Part shown: positions 1 to 9,885 of the stretch, one piece after another | Position numbering within the stretch: the first letter of the stretch is position 1 | Layout of the letters: each line of letters begins with the position of its first letter | Source: an uncultured Acidobacteriota bacterium | Lineage (GTDB): Bacteria; Acidobacteriota; UBA6911 | Reading direction: 5' to 3' | NCBI GenBank assembly: GCA_963827655.1 | Contig: CAWHCF010000038.1 | Location: 128,001 to 192,000 of the forward strand | Length of the DNA stretch: 64,000 bases | The notes under the pieces: model-generated | Database searches by the model: none | What the model saw: the letters and a program-made list of their open reading frames with translations, nothing else | What the model was told of the DNA's origin: nothing | Made by a program: the position numbers and the translations under genes

Positions 1-1001
1 TTCGTAGACGTTCCCGACGCGGTAGTGCGACACCGACAGGTCGCATTGCCAGGAAGGTGTTGTCCGGGTCGCGCTGTGTGAGCCGCAGCCTGATCTGCTT
101 GGCGGCCTCGAATTCGCGGAGCGCCTCCGCCAGTCGGCCCTGGGCTTCGGAGATGGAGCCGACGCAGTCGTGCGCTGATGACAGTTGCCGTTGCCAGTCG
201 GTGTTGTCCGGGTCGCGCTGTGTAAAGCGTTTCGCAACTTGCTCGAAGGCATGATATTGGTCCAGCGCCCCAACCAGATTTCCCTTTTCCCTAAGGATGT
301 CTCCCAATTGGGCACGGGCGTCCATTTCACCCGGCTCGTCTTGAAGTTCATGAAACAGCTTTACTGCTTCTTGTGCCAATTCCTCAGCTTTTTGGAGGGG
401 AAGGCCGCCATGACGAATCAAGCCAACGCAGACCAGGGACTGAGCGCGAGCCAAGCGAGCCAATTGATCGGTGCCAATCAACTCTTGAAGCGCCACACCG
501 AGCGCCTGCAATGGCTCATAGCGTCCCGCCTCGTGCCACTCCCTCCAGAGTCGAACCAATTCGTCCGCGGCTTGGTCCGGCGCAGCCACCAACCGGTGAT
601 AAATTGCCTCGACACGCTGGTGGGGCTCCTCCCCTCCGAAACATCTCCTGGCTCGCGTCGGAGAGTTCGCGAAGCCGGTTGTGCGGTTCTCGCGCCATTT
701 CAGCTCGCAATACTCGTCGTGTGGCTTCGTGGACGTTACAGCCACCGCGCGCAGAGAATGCGTTCTACCATCGGCAGCTCGTTCGGAGCTTTTCCACCCA
801 GGCGCTGGCGGCTGCCTCGTCAGTTTCCATCAGGGCAGCAAGGATCTTGGGGGTAAACCAGTGTGGCACCGAGGCGGCTTCGAGGGCTGGGCGGAGTCCG
901 GGTTCATGGGCGGCCAGCACGATGTCCACCGTGGCCAAGGTAAGCTTCTGTGGGTCGCCCTGTGCGGCTTGAAGTCTCGTGATGGCGTCTTCAAAATTCA
1001 T
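1..1001 (-). CDS. Winged-helix + TPR-repeat protein (sensor half of a STAND/NLR-like system); frameshifted, runs off window start
   Basis: Starts MNFEDA at 1001 with an AASVPHWFTPKILAALM wHTH-like segment. Manual reading across indels near 780 and 630 continues into TPR-like repeats (RDPDNTDWQRQLS / RDPDNTxWQCDLSVSHYRVG). The DNA repeat GTGTTGTCCGGGTCGCGCTGTGT recurs at 57 and 201 (144 nt = 48 aa period). Confidence 0.75.
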
Positions 1002-2209
1002 TGCGCGGGGTCAGGGCTCGGGTTGGTTCGCAACCCCCGCACCATGGTCTCCAGTAGAGCGCTCACCTTACCGGGATCACCGCCGGTTGCCAGGGTGAGT
1101 GCTTTCACGTAGTCGGGCTTCACGTCCGGGCATTGCCATTTGCGCTGGCTGTATTCGAGCCAGTCGTCGACTCGCTGGATCGGCTGCAGGTCGTGGACTT
1201 CAGTAAGTGACTGCCAGGAATGCTTCCCGTGCTCCGGTATCTGCTGACCGCCAATGACGATGATCACGCCCGGAGACCGGTCCAGTCGCGGCAGCAACTG
1301 GCTCTCCAGCCATTTCTGAGCGTCCGATGATGCTTGCTCGTAGGTGTCGAAGACCAGCACGAGCGGCGAGGAGAGCTGCTGAAGATCGGAGATCAGAAGA
1401 TAGAATCTGGCCGTGCCACTGGCCGCATGAGCGTGCCGCAGAATTTCCTGGCCGAGATCCAAACGCAACGTTTCGAACAGGTCGTCCAGTAGCGGACAAC
1501 CTTTGAAGTCCAGCAAAACAGTGGGCAGCTTCGAGTGACGGGCGTAAGCGAGCAGTTCGGCGAGGAGAGCAGTCTTGCCGGTGTTGCTGGCGCCGCGCAA
1601 CAGGAGAATGCGATGCGGCGACTGGTTCGTGATCATTTTCTTGAAGAGAGCGAATTCGTCCTTACGGTCAGCGAGCTGCCAGCGGTATTCGACGCTCGGA
1701 CGGCCAGCGGATAACCCGCGGTTGGGGCGGAGGAACTACGATCGGCTCCGAACCGCGCAACCAGGCAAGGAGCTGGGCATAGCCGGCCTCCGCGTTGAAA
1801 AGCGTGGTAGCGTTTGAGCTGGTGCGGGATGTGGTCCTGGTCCGCCAGTTCGAAGAGGATGACCCGGACTCTCTCGTTGAAACCCGGCCTGGTCGAAGAT
1901 AAACTGGCGGATGGCGGCGGCTTCGCAAGCAGCGCCGAGCCCGGTGCCGGGTGCCTGGTTCCCTTCGTAGCGCTGGCTGTAGATTTCTGTGCACGCCACC
2001 AGCACCAGCTCGGCTTCTTTGACCTGGCGCTCGGACCATTGAGGCCAGCCCTCGGGTGGCCCGCCCGGCAGCATGTCGCGGTCGAGGATGACCGTCACGC
2101 CGTCGGTCCGGAGCCGGTCGGCCAGCGCGTGGACCCGCTCTTTGTGCTTTTCGCTATCGTGACTGTAGCTGATGAAAACCCGGCGCACAGCTTGAGTGTC
2201 TGCTATCAC
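998..2209 (-). CDS. SEFIR/TIR-domain + P-loop NTPase protein (frameshifted ~1650-1870)
   Basis: N-terminal RRVFISYSHDSEKHKERVHALADRLRTDGV (SEFIR/TIR). C-terminal Walker A GASNTGKT and Walker B LVLVFDTYE. The stop overlaps the next ATG (ATGA at 998-1001). Confidence 0.75.
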
Positions 2210-2308
2210 TTTTTGTTATTCAAGGCCAAAATCCGGCGGTTGTTTTCATCAATTTGTTGGATCGTGGAGGGCCACGAAGCACGCGGCCGGACTACCAGCC
2301 GACTCGCT

Positions 2309-2773
2309 TCACCCTGGTCCATGAAGGGTCACGAAGGCTCGAAGACTCCAAGGATCGTAGGCCCTCGTGAACAGGAGGGCGAGCGCGAAGTTGATCGCGT
2401 GCCCCGCAAGGCACAAGGGACACGGCGTCTTGATTATGAAGAAAAGCGAGTAGATTAAATAAACCCCCAGCGCTACCGTAAACCACGCTACAACCACGAG
2501 CATACTGAGCAGCACCGGATCAAACAGCAGGTTTGCGAACAGCAGGACAAGAATCAAAAGATAATAAATCACGCCTAGCAGCGAATTGGGCACGCCAAAT
2601 ACCCGCGCGAATCTCGTGTTCAAGACCGACTGGCAGGTGTGTTCTTTCATGCTGCAGAAGGCGGGCATGATCGAGTTTTCAGCCTGAATGACGCCGTAAT
2701 AGACCAGAGTAAAGTAGATCGAGATGTAGAGCCCGGCGGCGGACAGCGCGGCGATCAGGATTTCGGCTTGCAT
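2309..2773 (-). CDS. Vitamin K epoxide reductase (VKOR) family protein
   Basis: FCSMKEHTCQSVLNT loop cysteines, VFGVPNS, CPLC active site, 4 TM helices. Confidence 0.9.
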   Translation of the reverse strand: MQAEILIAALSAAGLYISIYFTLVYYGVIQAENSIMPAFCSMKEHTCQSVLNTRFARVFGVPNSLLGVIYYLLILVLLFANLLFDPVLLSMLVVVAWFTVALGVYLIYSLFFIIKTPCPLCLAGHAINFALALLFTRAYDPWSLRAFVTLHGPG

Positions 2774-2782
2774 TTCTACTCG

Positions 2783-3710
2783 TCAATCGTCAATCGAATC
2801 GTTCAATGCACGGACGTAGCGCCGTAGCGCGGTTTCGAGATCTTCAAACTTCATGCCGAATGCCTCCTCCGCCGCTCTGGGGTCTACTTTTTCTTGCATG
2901 AGCATGAACTCGACCGCCGCAGGCGACAGGGGCGGCTTGGGCAGCATCGATAACAGGCCTGCAATGAACTTCGCGTGCGCAACGGGAAGGTGGACAAGGA
3001 CGCGCTTCTTGCCCAGGACCTTCTGAATAGTGCGCGCGACCTGGTCTATCGTAAGTTCTTGCGGACCGCCCAGGTCGTAGGTCTGGTTTACTCCTGCTTG
3101 TCTTAGAGCCGCCTGCGCTGCAACTCTTGCGACGTCGAAGACAGAGACCGGCTGCAGTGTGGCCTTACCAGCGCCAATCACGGGAACGAAAGGGAGATGA
3201 CGCGTAAATCCGATCATTCGGTTGAGGCTTCGGTCCTCCGGGCCATAGACGAAGGAGGGACGCAGGATCACGTACTCCATCCCGCTCTCGCGGACCGCAT
3301 TCTCGGCCATCTTGCGGGCAGTGACCCAGGGCCGGTTCTCTCCGGCTGCGCCGCCGGCGCAGGTCACGTAGATAAAGCGCCGGACGCGCGCGTTTTTGCA
3401 AGCCTCGACCATGTTCCTGGTTCCTTTCCCATCCACTTCGAGGTATGTCCAACCCAGGGCGGGGTTTTCTACGGGATGGTTCGGGAACTGGACTGCATGG
3501 ATGACAACATCAACGCCGGCGACCGCTGAAGGAAGAGTGGCGGGCTTGGTAACATTCGCTTGCGTGAACTCCACTCTCTTTCCCCAGCGGTTTGCGGTCT
3601 GGGCCCGCCGCGTCAGAATGCGGATCGAGGTATCGGGATCGAGGGCAAGTAATTCACGGACGACGTGAGTTCCGATAAACCCGGTTCCCTCCCGCTACCA
3701 GTATCTTCAT
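2783..3710 (-). CDS. NAD(P)-dependent oxidoreductase, complex I NDUFA9-like SDR (indel near 3690)
   Basis: MKILVAGG..TGFIG start read manually at 3710; ILRPSFVYGPED and LQPVSVFDVA motifs. Confidence 0.85.
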
Positions 3711-3843
3711 GATGAACGATTGACGAATGTGGCTTGCCAGCCACTCGCGCATGCCTGAAGGCTCAATCGACAGTCGTCAATCTGAGCATGTGCCTACAGT
3801 CAAACAGTACTTTCTGGCAGCGAATGAAAGGGTCGACAGTACG

Positions 3844-3945
3844 TGCCCCGGCCACGAGGTCGCGGAAACTGGGTCTCACAACACGGGGTCTTGCAGTCCC
3901 CGTCCTCACGGGCGGCGCTATTCTCTGCCGGGCCTTCGGCCCTGG
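3844..3945. repeat. REP/REPIN-like composite palindromic element, copy 1
   Basis: The reverse complement of 3908-3945 matches 9592-9629 at 34/38 nt; contains GGGCCGAAGGCCC hairpins. Confidence 0.6.
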
Positions 3946-4032
3946 TTAACGGGATCGGACAAGAACTTTCGAGAAGCATCCGCTACTGCCTGAATCGCGC
4001 AGCTTAAGGCGGTCGCCTGGGGACTCGATCGC

Positions 4033-4064
4033 CAATCGTCAATCGTCAATCGACAATCGTCAAT
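4033..4064. repeat. Heptamer tandem repeat (CAATCGT)n
   Basis: caatcgtcaatcgtcaatcgacaatcgtcaat; same unit at ~2784, 3764, 44175, 44250, 45588 and 59408. Confidence 0.85.
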
Positions 4065-4065
4065 T

Positions 4066-5106
4066 CTACTGAAGTTCCTCCTGGGCTTTGGCGATCACGC
4101 GCTCGATACCTGTGAGCGTGTTCTGGTGCGTGGACCGGTAGAGATTATCCAGGTGTTGCTTGGCGGTTGAGGACAGCCGGGTCTTCAACAGATAAGTCTT
4201 GGCGAAGTTCTTCATCGCAAGGTCCACTTGTCCCTTTTGCCAGTAAGAATGAGCCAGGTGGTAGTAGGCGAGATCGTTCTTGCTATAGTACTTCAGCGTG
4301 TTTTCCAGATTCGTGATTGCCCCTCCATAATCCTGCTGCTCGTACGCGACGTTTCCAATGACGTTGTAGCAGGTGGCATAGGCGTGAGTCGTGTAATCCT
4401 TCCAGAGTTTATCCGTGGCGCCTTCAGGCTTCGCAGTCGATTGCAGGACTTTGATGGTCTGCCGGGCGTATTTCGCGGCCTGAGCGTTCTTCTTTGCTTC
4501 CCCGAATTTCTTGGTTAGTTCGAGCAGGATCTCGTGATTGTCCGGCAACAACGAGACCGTCTTCTCGCCCCACTCGATGAATTTGGCGTCGTTCTTGAGA
4601 TCCTTGTAGGCCTGGGCCAGGTAATAAGCGGTGGTCCCTTCCGGTTTCTTGGCGAAGACCTTTTCTCCGAAGACAACGAACTTTTTCTGATCTTTGGTTT
4701 TCTGATAACCCGCGGCCAGTGCGGAAACGGTGAGTTCGTCGTCGGGCACCAGAGTCAGAAAGCGCTCGCCCGCCGCTACCAGATCGGGCCATTTCTCTTC
4801 GCCCTGCAGCTTTTGCAACATGCCATAGTAGTCGGCCACGACATTCTGGCGCAGAGCCGACTGCGGACGATCCTGGAGGAACTTCGCGATCAGTTCCATC
4901 TTCTTGGCTGGATCGGCTTCCCCGGTAATCGCCTGGAAGGCTTTGTACTCCTCGGCAGTGTATTTGGCCGGTTCCTGTTTTGGGGGCTCTTGTTTCGGCG
5001 GTTCCTGAGCCTGCCCCGGTAAGTTCGCCGATATGGCTAAAATCCCCGAGACGAGGAGCAGGTTAGCCATGTTTCTCAGAAGCAATTGGACTGAACGGGG
5101 ATACAT
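4066..5106 (-). CDS. Exported tetratricopeptide-repeat protein
   Basis: AAGGAG RBS before ATG 5106, signal peptide, QEPPK linker repeats, TPR-like helices. Confidence 0.85.
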   Translation of the reverse strand: MYPRSVQLLLRNMANLLLVSGILAISANLPGQAQEPPKQEPPKQEPAKYTAEEYKAFQAITGEADPAKKMELIAKFLQDRPQSALRQNVVADYYGMLQKLQGEEKWPDLVAAGERFLTLVPDDELTVSALAAGYQKTKDQKKFVVFGEKVFAKKPEGTTAYYLAQAYKDLKNDAKFIEWGEKTVSLLPDNHEILLELTKKFGEAKKNAQAAKYARQTIKVLQSTAKPEGATDKLWKDYTTHAYATCYNVIGNVAYEQQDYGGAITNLENTLKYYSKNDLAYYHLAHSYWQKGQVDLAMKNFAKTYLLKTRLSSTAKQHLDNLYRSTHQNTLTGIERVIAKAQEELQ

Positions 5107-5472
5107 TTTGCTGGCTCCTTCTCTCTTGGAGCGCCGTCCGCTGCGATCCTTCCGCATGCTTCGGAGGACGCTCCTGCGATTTGCGGTGAATTGTCTGACC
5201 ATGGTCAGCGCTGAAAAACCTTATAACCAAATTTTGAAAAGCTGTCTAGTTCAATCGGCTTATTTACTTACCACCAGAGAACCGTCAGGTGCTCCAACGA
5301 AAAGCCAATCGCAACCACTCCCTCACGTGCACGTCAACGTAGACGACGTGGTGTGCACGTGCTCGTGGTCGGCTGTTGGGTTGTTCGAGAAACCACGTCT
5401 GATAACCTATGACAGGGACCGGGCATTCTTTAATCAGCCGGGCTCTCGGGCCTATCCGCTATCCTTCGCAGC

Positions 5473-6501
5473 ATGACCTTCAATAGAGTGACGCTCGAGA
5501 GCGTGGATTTCGAAGACCAGCGCTTCCGGATCAGTGAACAACTCGACTCCGCGCGGCTGCTCGAGTCCGTGCGCCAGATCGGCCAGCTTAGTCCAGTGTG
5601 CCTGCTGGCGCGCAATGAAGCGGGTCTTGCAGTCATCTGCGGCTTTCGAAGGCTGTGGGCTTTGAGGTCCCTGGGACATCCGGACGTCCTGGCTCGAATA
5701 TGGCATGAACGCGAACACACCGATCTGGAATTGTTCCGGATGGCCCTGTGGGAAAACCTGTCGCATCGGGAACTGAGTCCTTTGGAAAAGGCGAGAGTGT
5801 TGGCGTCCTTGAAGAACCATTGCGGTGTCCAACATGACCAGCTCGTGGAGATTTACCTTCCGGTCCTTGACTTGGCCCCTCACAAAAATACACTGCGGGC
5901 CTACCTGGCGCTGCACGATCTCCATCCGCAGCTGCGGGAGATGTTGAACGATGGGCGCATCACCCTGGCCAGCGCAGAACGCCTCGCGCGCGCCCCGCTG
6001 TCGCTTCAGAGCAGAATGAGCTCGGTGCTGGAGCGTGTACGGTGGAGCGCCAGCTTGCAGCGAGAGACACTGGACCTCCTCGAAGAGCTTGCTGCCATCG
6101 CCGAGTCGGATCCCGATGAGATTCTGAGTGGAAAAGAGATAACAGAAACCGTACACGACACGAGCCTCTCGCCATTTCAAAAAGGGGAGCGGATTCACAA
6201 GTTCCTTTATCGAAAGCGAAATCCGAGACTCTCAAAAACAGAGGAACAGTTCCGGGCGCGCGAACAGGAATTGAGTCTGCCGGCGAATATCCGTGTGTCC
6301 CCAACGCCGTTCTTTGAGTCGCCCGAGATACGCGTGGAATTCAGTGTTCGCTCACCGCGGGATTTCAGGGATACGTCGAAGGCTCTGGAGCGCGCGGCGC
6401 AAGCTCCCGCGCTCGAAGCCCTCTTCTCGATTTCGGATTGCGGATTGCAGATTGCGGATTGCGATTCGCTCGCAAAGGAAAAAGGGAGTGCTAAATCCTA
6501 A
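5473..6501 (+). CDS. ParB/Srx N-terminal domain protein
   Basis: LLESVRQIGQLSPV...VICGFRRLWA (ParB CTP-binding GxRR box), ENLSHRELSPLEKA. Confidence 0.85.
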   Translation: MTFNRVTLESVDFEDQRFRISEQLDSARLLESVRQIGQLSPVCLLARNEAGLAVICGFRRLWALRSLGHPDVLARIWHEREHTDLELFRMALWENLSHRELSPLEKARVLASLKNHCGVQHDQLVEIYLPVLDLAPHKNTLRAYLALHDLHPQLREMLNDGRITLASAERLARAPLSLQSRMSSVLERVRWSASLQRETLDLLEELAAIAESDPDEILSGKEITETVHDTSLSPFQKGERIHKFLYRKRNPRLSKTEEQFRAREQELSLPANIRVSPTPFFESPEIRVEFSVRSPRDFRDTSKALERAAQAPALEALFSISDCGLQIADCDSLAKEKGSAKS

Positions 6502-6597
6502 GCTTCTTTCGATTGCGGACCTTCCGATTGCGGATTGGAATTTAACAATTAGATGAGATTTATTTAAATCCGCAATCCGCAATCCGCAATCTGCAAT
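6430..6597. repeat. Head-to-head (GATTGCG)n / (CGCAATC)n heptamer cassette
   Basis: ggattgcggattgcagattgcggattgc at ~6436-6461 and aatccgcaatccgcaatccgcaatctgcaat at ~6567-6597. Confidence 0.85.
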
Positions 6598-7699
6598 GAT
6601 TATGTACCGGCCCGATCGAATCGTCGTTGAACAGGAAGCGTGGCAGGATTCCAGCACTTCTGAAATTCTGCAGCGGCTGCCAGGAATCCCGGTTACAACC
6701 ATCGAGCGGGTGGATGCCTTACTGCCTGAATTGAACCGCTCCTCGGATCCACACGCGAGCGGGAAACGGTGTTTGATCCTCACCCGGCACCGGGGACGCT
6801 TCATGAAAGACTGTCCCGGCGCCGGCGCCGAAGTCTGCTGCAATTATTTCGTGGTGAATTACGCTTCGAATTGCCATCTGGAGTGCACCTACTGCTTTTT
6901 GCAATCTTACCTGAATAATCCAGCGCTCATGGTCTTCACCAATCTGGACGATTTGCTTTCGGAGGTAGAAACCCGGCTCGGGCAGGCTCCCCAGCGCCTG
7001 TTCCGCATCGGAACAGGCGAAATATCCGATTCGCTGGCGCTCGATGACCTCACTCACTACTCGCGTCGCCTGGTACCCTTCTTCGGAGGGCTTTCGAATG
7101 GCATTCTCGAATTGAAAACAAAATCCGACCGGGTCGCGAACCTGGAGCGCCTCGATCATCGGGGACATACGGTGGTCTCCTGGTCGATCAATTCGAGGCG
7201 CGTTACTCGTGAAGAGGAGCTGAAGACAGCGAGCTTCGATCAACGGTTGGCCGCCGCGCGACAATGTCAGAAGTGGGGTTATAGAATTGGCTTCCATTTC
7301 GACCCGCTTATTCACTATGAAGGTTGGGAGACGGACTACAAGACAGCGGTGGAGGATATCTTTACCGCCGTGGACGCGTCCGGCGTAGCCTGGGTTAGCC
7401 TCGGGAGCCTGCGCTTCACGCCGCATCTCCGGGAAATCGTTCGACGCAGATTTCCCAAGTCCAAGATTCCCTACGGCGAGTTTGTTGCAGGCAACCATCG
7501 AAAGATCCGGTACTTCCGTCCCATCCGTGAGGAAATGTACACCAGGGTGCGAGGCTGGATTCGTGAGGCCGCTCCTCGAGTCTTTGTCTACCTTTGCATG
7601 GAAAACCGCGCCGCCTGGGAGCACAGTGGCGGCGCTGTGCCGCGAGATACCTCTGCGTTGTCCGATCAAATGGATTCCCTGGTCAAGCTCGAGTCTTAG
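6596..7699 (+). CDS. Spore photoproduct lyase (SplB)-family radical SAM protein
   Basis: CHLECTYCFLQSY radical SAM motif, RIGTGEISDSLALD, ELKTKS, GFHFDP, VYLCME. Confidence 0.9.
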   Translation: MIMYRPDRIVVEQEAWQDSSTSEILQRLPGIPVTTIERVDALLPELNRSSDPHASGKRCLILTRHRGRFMKDCPGAGAEVCCNYFVVNYASNCHLECTYCFLQSYLNNPALMVFTNLDDLLSEVETRLGQAPQRLFRIGTGEISDSLALDDLTHYSRRLVPFFGGLSNGILELKTKSDRVANLERLDHRGHTVVSWSINSRRVTREEELKTASFDQRLAAARQCQKWGYRIGFHFDPLIHYEGWETDYKTAVEDIFTAVDASGVAWVSLGSLRFTPHLREIVRRRFPKSKIPYGEFVAGNHRKIRYFRPIREEMYTRVRGWIREAAPRVFVYLCMENRAAWEHSGGAVPRDTSALSDQMDSLVKLES

Positions 7700-7792
7700 T
7701 GTTTCTTCGTGACTTCGTGTCTTCGTGGTTAGAGGAAGACTCAAAGACACGAAGACACACCAAGAATCTTCTTTCAATACGAAGACGCAAAG
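7700..7792. repeat. Inverted nonamer (CACGAAGAC-type) repeat cassette
   Basis: gtgtttcttcgtgacttcgtgtcttcgtgg ... actcaaagacacgaagacacacc; family recurs at ~12701, 15686, 23670, 25505, 39076, 41563, 45081 and 62303. Confidence 0.85.
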
Positions 7793-7905
7793 AATTGCTT
7801 TTTAGCCTTTAACATAGATAGACTCCCCTGCGAACAAAGGGTCTCGTGATCCTTTGCGCCTTTGCGGTGAGCACGCTAGACCTCGACCTCTTCGGGTATG
7901 TCCGG

Positions 7906-9432
7906 GTGAAATACGGCTTTGTGATTGATAACCGGCGGTGCATCGGATGCCATGCATGCACGGTTGCCTGCAAAGCCGAACATGAGGTGCCGCTCGGGAA
8001 ATTTCGCACTTGGGTCAAGAACGTAGAGAAGGGATCTTTCCCCGACGTGCGGCGTTACTTCACGGTCTTGCGCTGCAACCATTGCGACAACGCCCCCTGT
8101 GTCACGATCTGCCCGACGCGCGCGCTTTTCACCCGTCCCGACCGGATCGTAGATTTCGATAACGAACAATGTATTGCCTGCAGGTCCTGCATGGCCGCCT
8201 GCCCGTACGATGCCATCTACATCGATCCCCATACGGAGACTGCTGCCAAATGCAACTATTGCGCTCACAAGGTGGAGAGAGGATTGGAGCCGGCGTGCGT
8301 GACGGTTTGTCCGGAAGAGGCCATTGTTGCCGGAGACCTCGATGATCCGCTGAGCAGGATATCGCGTCTGATCGCTACCCAGCAGGTCACCGTGCGCAAG
8401 CCTGAAAAAGGAGCCTTGCCGAAGCTCTATTACATCGATGGCGACATGACTTCGCTCACTCCGGGCGCGGCTCCCAAGAGCGCCAGCTACATGTGTGCCG
8501 AGCGGCCGCCGGAGGAGGTAGACGCCGACTTCCGGATTCTGTCCGACACAGATCGCGCGCAAACCACGTATGACGTCGCGCACGAGAAGGCTTGGGGATT
8601 TCTCATACCCCTCTACCTGTGGACCAAATCGCTGGCGGCCGGGCCGATTCTTGTAGCGGCTCTGTTGATGCTCATGGGCTATGCCCGGGCGCCGGTGCTG
8701 TTTGGCCGCGTGGCTCCGCTGATGGCGCTGGTCCTTACCTTCATTACAACCCTTCTTCTGATCGGAGACCTCGAAAGGCCGGAGCGCTTTCTCAAGGTTT
8801 TGTTCCACCCCAATCTGCGCTCCTGGCTGGTGTGGGGCGCATACATTTTGATTCTCTTCTCCGGCATCGGGATGTTATGGCTGTTCGCCGGTTTCGTCGG
8901 CTCAGGGCCGCTTCTGGGTTTGCTTCTCTGGCCGGCTCTGATTCTTGCGGCCATGACTGCCGGGTACTCGGCTTTCCTCCTGGCTCAGGCCAAGGCGCGC
9001 GACCTGTGGCAGTCCCGGCTGCTCTTTCCCCACTTGATTGTTCAAGCTTTCCTCGCCGGATCCGCCGCGCTGGCGCTGGCATCGTTCTATTTTGAATCGG
9101 GGCGCTTCCTCACCGATCTGTTGCTCCGCTGCCTGTTGGTTGGGCTTTGCGTGCATGGCGTCCTCCTGCTGAGTGAGATCGCTCTACCTCACGGCAACCA
9201 GGACGCGGCGGGAGCCGTACAATACATGCTTCAGGGTCCTCTGGCCCGCCTGTTCTGGTTTGCGGCGGTATTCAGCGGAGTCGCAATACCGATTCACCTG
9301 CTGGCCTTCTATTTCGCGGACCCCTCCTCCGGCTTCGCCTTTCCCATGCTGGCTTCCGCGCTGTCCCTGATCGGGCTTCTGGCCTTCGAGGACTGCTTTA
9401 TTCGCGCCGGTCAGGCGATGCCGTTGACTTAG
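7906..9432 (+). CDS. 4Fe-4S dicluster subunit fused to NrfD/PsrC membrane anchor
   Basis: CIGCHACTVAC, CNHCDNAPC, CIACRSCMAACPY and KCNYC clusters followed by an NrfD domain (DLERPERF). Confidence 0.92.
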   Translation: MKYGFVIDNRRCIGCHACTVACKAEHEVPLGKFRTWVKNVEKGSFPDVRRYFTVLRCNHCDNAPCVTICPTRALFTRPDRIVDFDNEQCIACRSCMAACPYDAIYIDPHTETAAKCNYCAHKVERGLEPACVTVCPEEAIVAGDLDDPLSRISRLIATQQVTVRKPEKGALPKLYYIDGDMTSLTPGAAPKSASYMCAERPPEEVDADFRILSDTDRAQTTYDVAHEKAWGFLIPLYLWTKSLAAGPILVAALLMLMGYARAPVLFGRVAPLMALVLTFITTLLLIGDLERPERFLKVLFHPNLRSWLVWGAYILILFSGIGMLWLFAGFVGSGPLLGLLLWPALILAAMTAGYSAFLLAQAKARDLWQSRLLFPHLIVQAFLAGSAALALASFYFESGRFLTDLLLRCLLVGLCVHGVLLLSEIALPHGNQDAAGAVQYMLQGPLARLFWFAAVFSGVAIPIHLLAFYFADPSSGFAFPMLASALSLIGLLAFEDCFIRAGQAMPLT

Positions 9433-9501
9433 TGCGCGGTTTCATGAATACGGTGTCTTTATTTCCGGTGGCTCTTTCGGTGTCTGACCGTAGTCGAACC
9501 A

Positions 9502-9856
9502 GGCGAAGCAAGCTTCGCCCAACTAAGTTGGCTGGGGGCAAAATTACGGTAACGTATTTGGGGCGAGCGGTAGGAGTTGACTCTGTTGTCGCCAGGGCCG
9601 AAGGACCGGCAGTGAGTAGCCCCGCCCGTCAAAACTCAGATTCCCCTGGTAGGTGGCTCAGAGATTCTTCCGAGCGCCCTGTGGCGACGGTCCATCAGGC
9701 CCGTCGCAAACAACATAATCGAGATGACTCAGCCTCAAAAAGTTCATTTGTGCCGCCACTAGCCGACGGGCTTGATAGGCCGTCCGCACTTATTGGCAGG
9801 TTTTGAGACAATCTCTTAGGGCCGGGCCTTCTCTCTGTCGGCCTTTCAGGCCTCAA
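9502..9856. repeat. Intergenic cluster of REP-like palindromes with a MITE/IS-end remnant
   Basis: GGCGAAGCAAGCTTCGCC (reverse complement also at 27454); REP-like copy 9592-9629; IS-end-like GTTTTGAGACAATCTCT at ~9800-9817. Confidence 0.5.
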
Positions 9857-9885
9857 CTGCTCCCAAACGTTATAAAGATACCTCT

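Noticed and set aside
3720-4030. Possible 6S/SRP/tmRNA or riboswitch in a hairpin-rich intergenic region
   Set aside because: No diagnostic motifs recognised, and the core recurs at 9592, so it is better explained as a REP-like repeat. Rfam would settle it.
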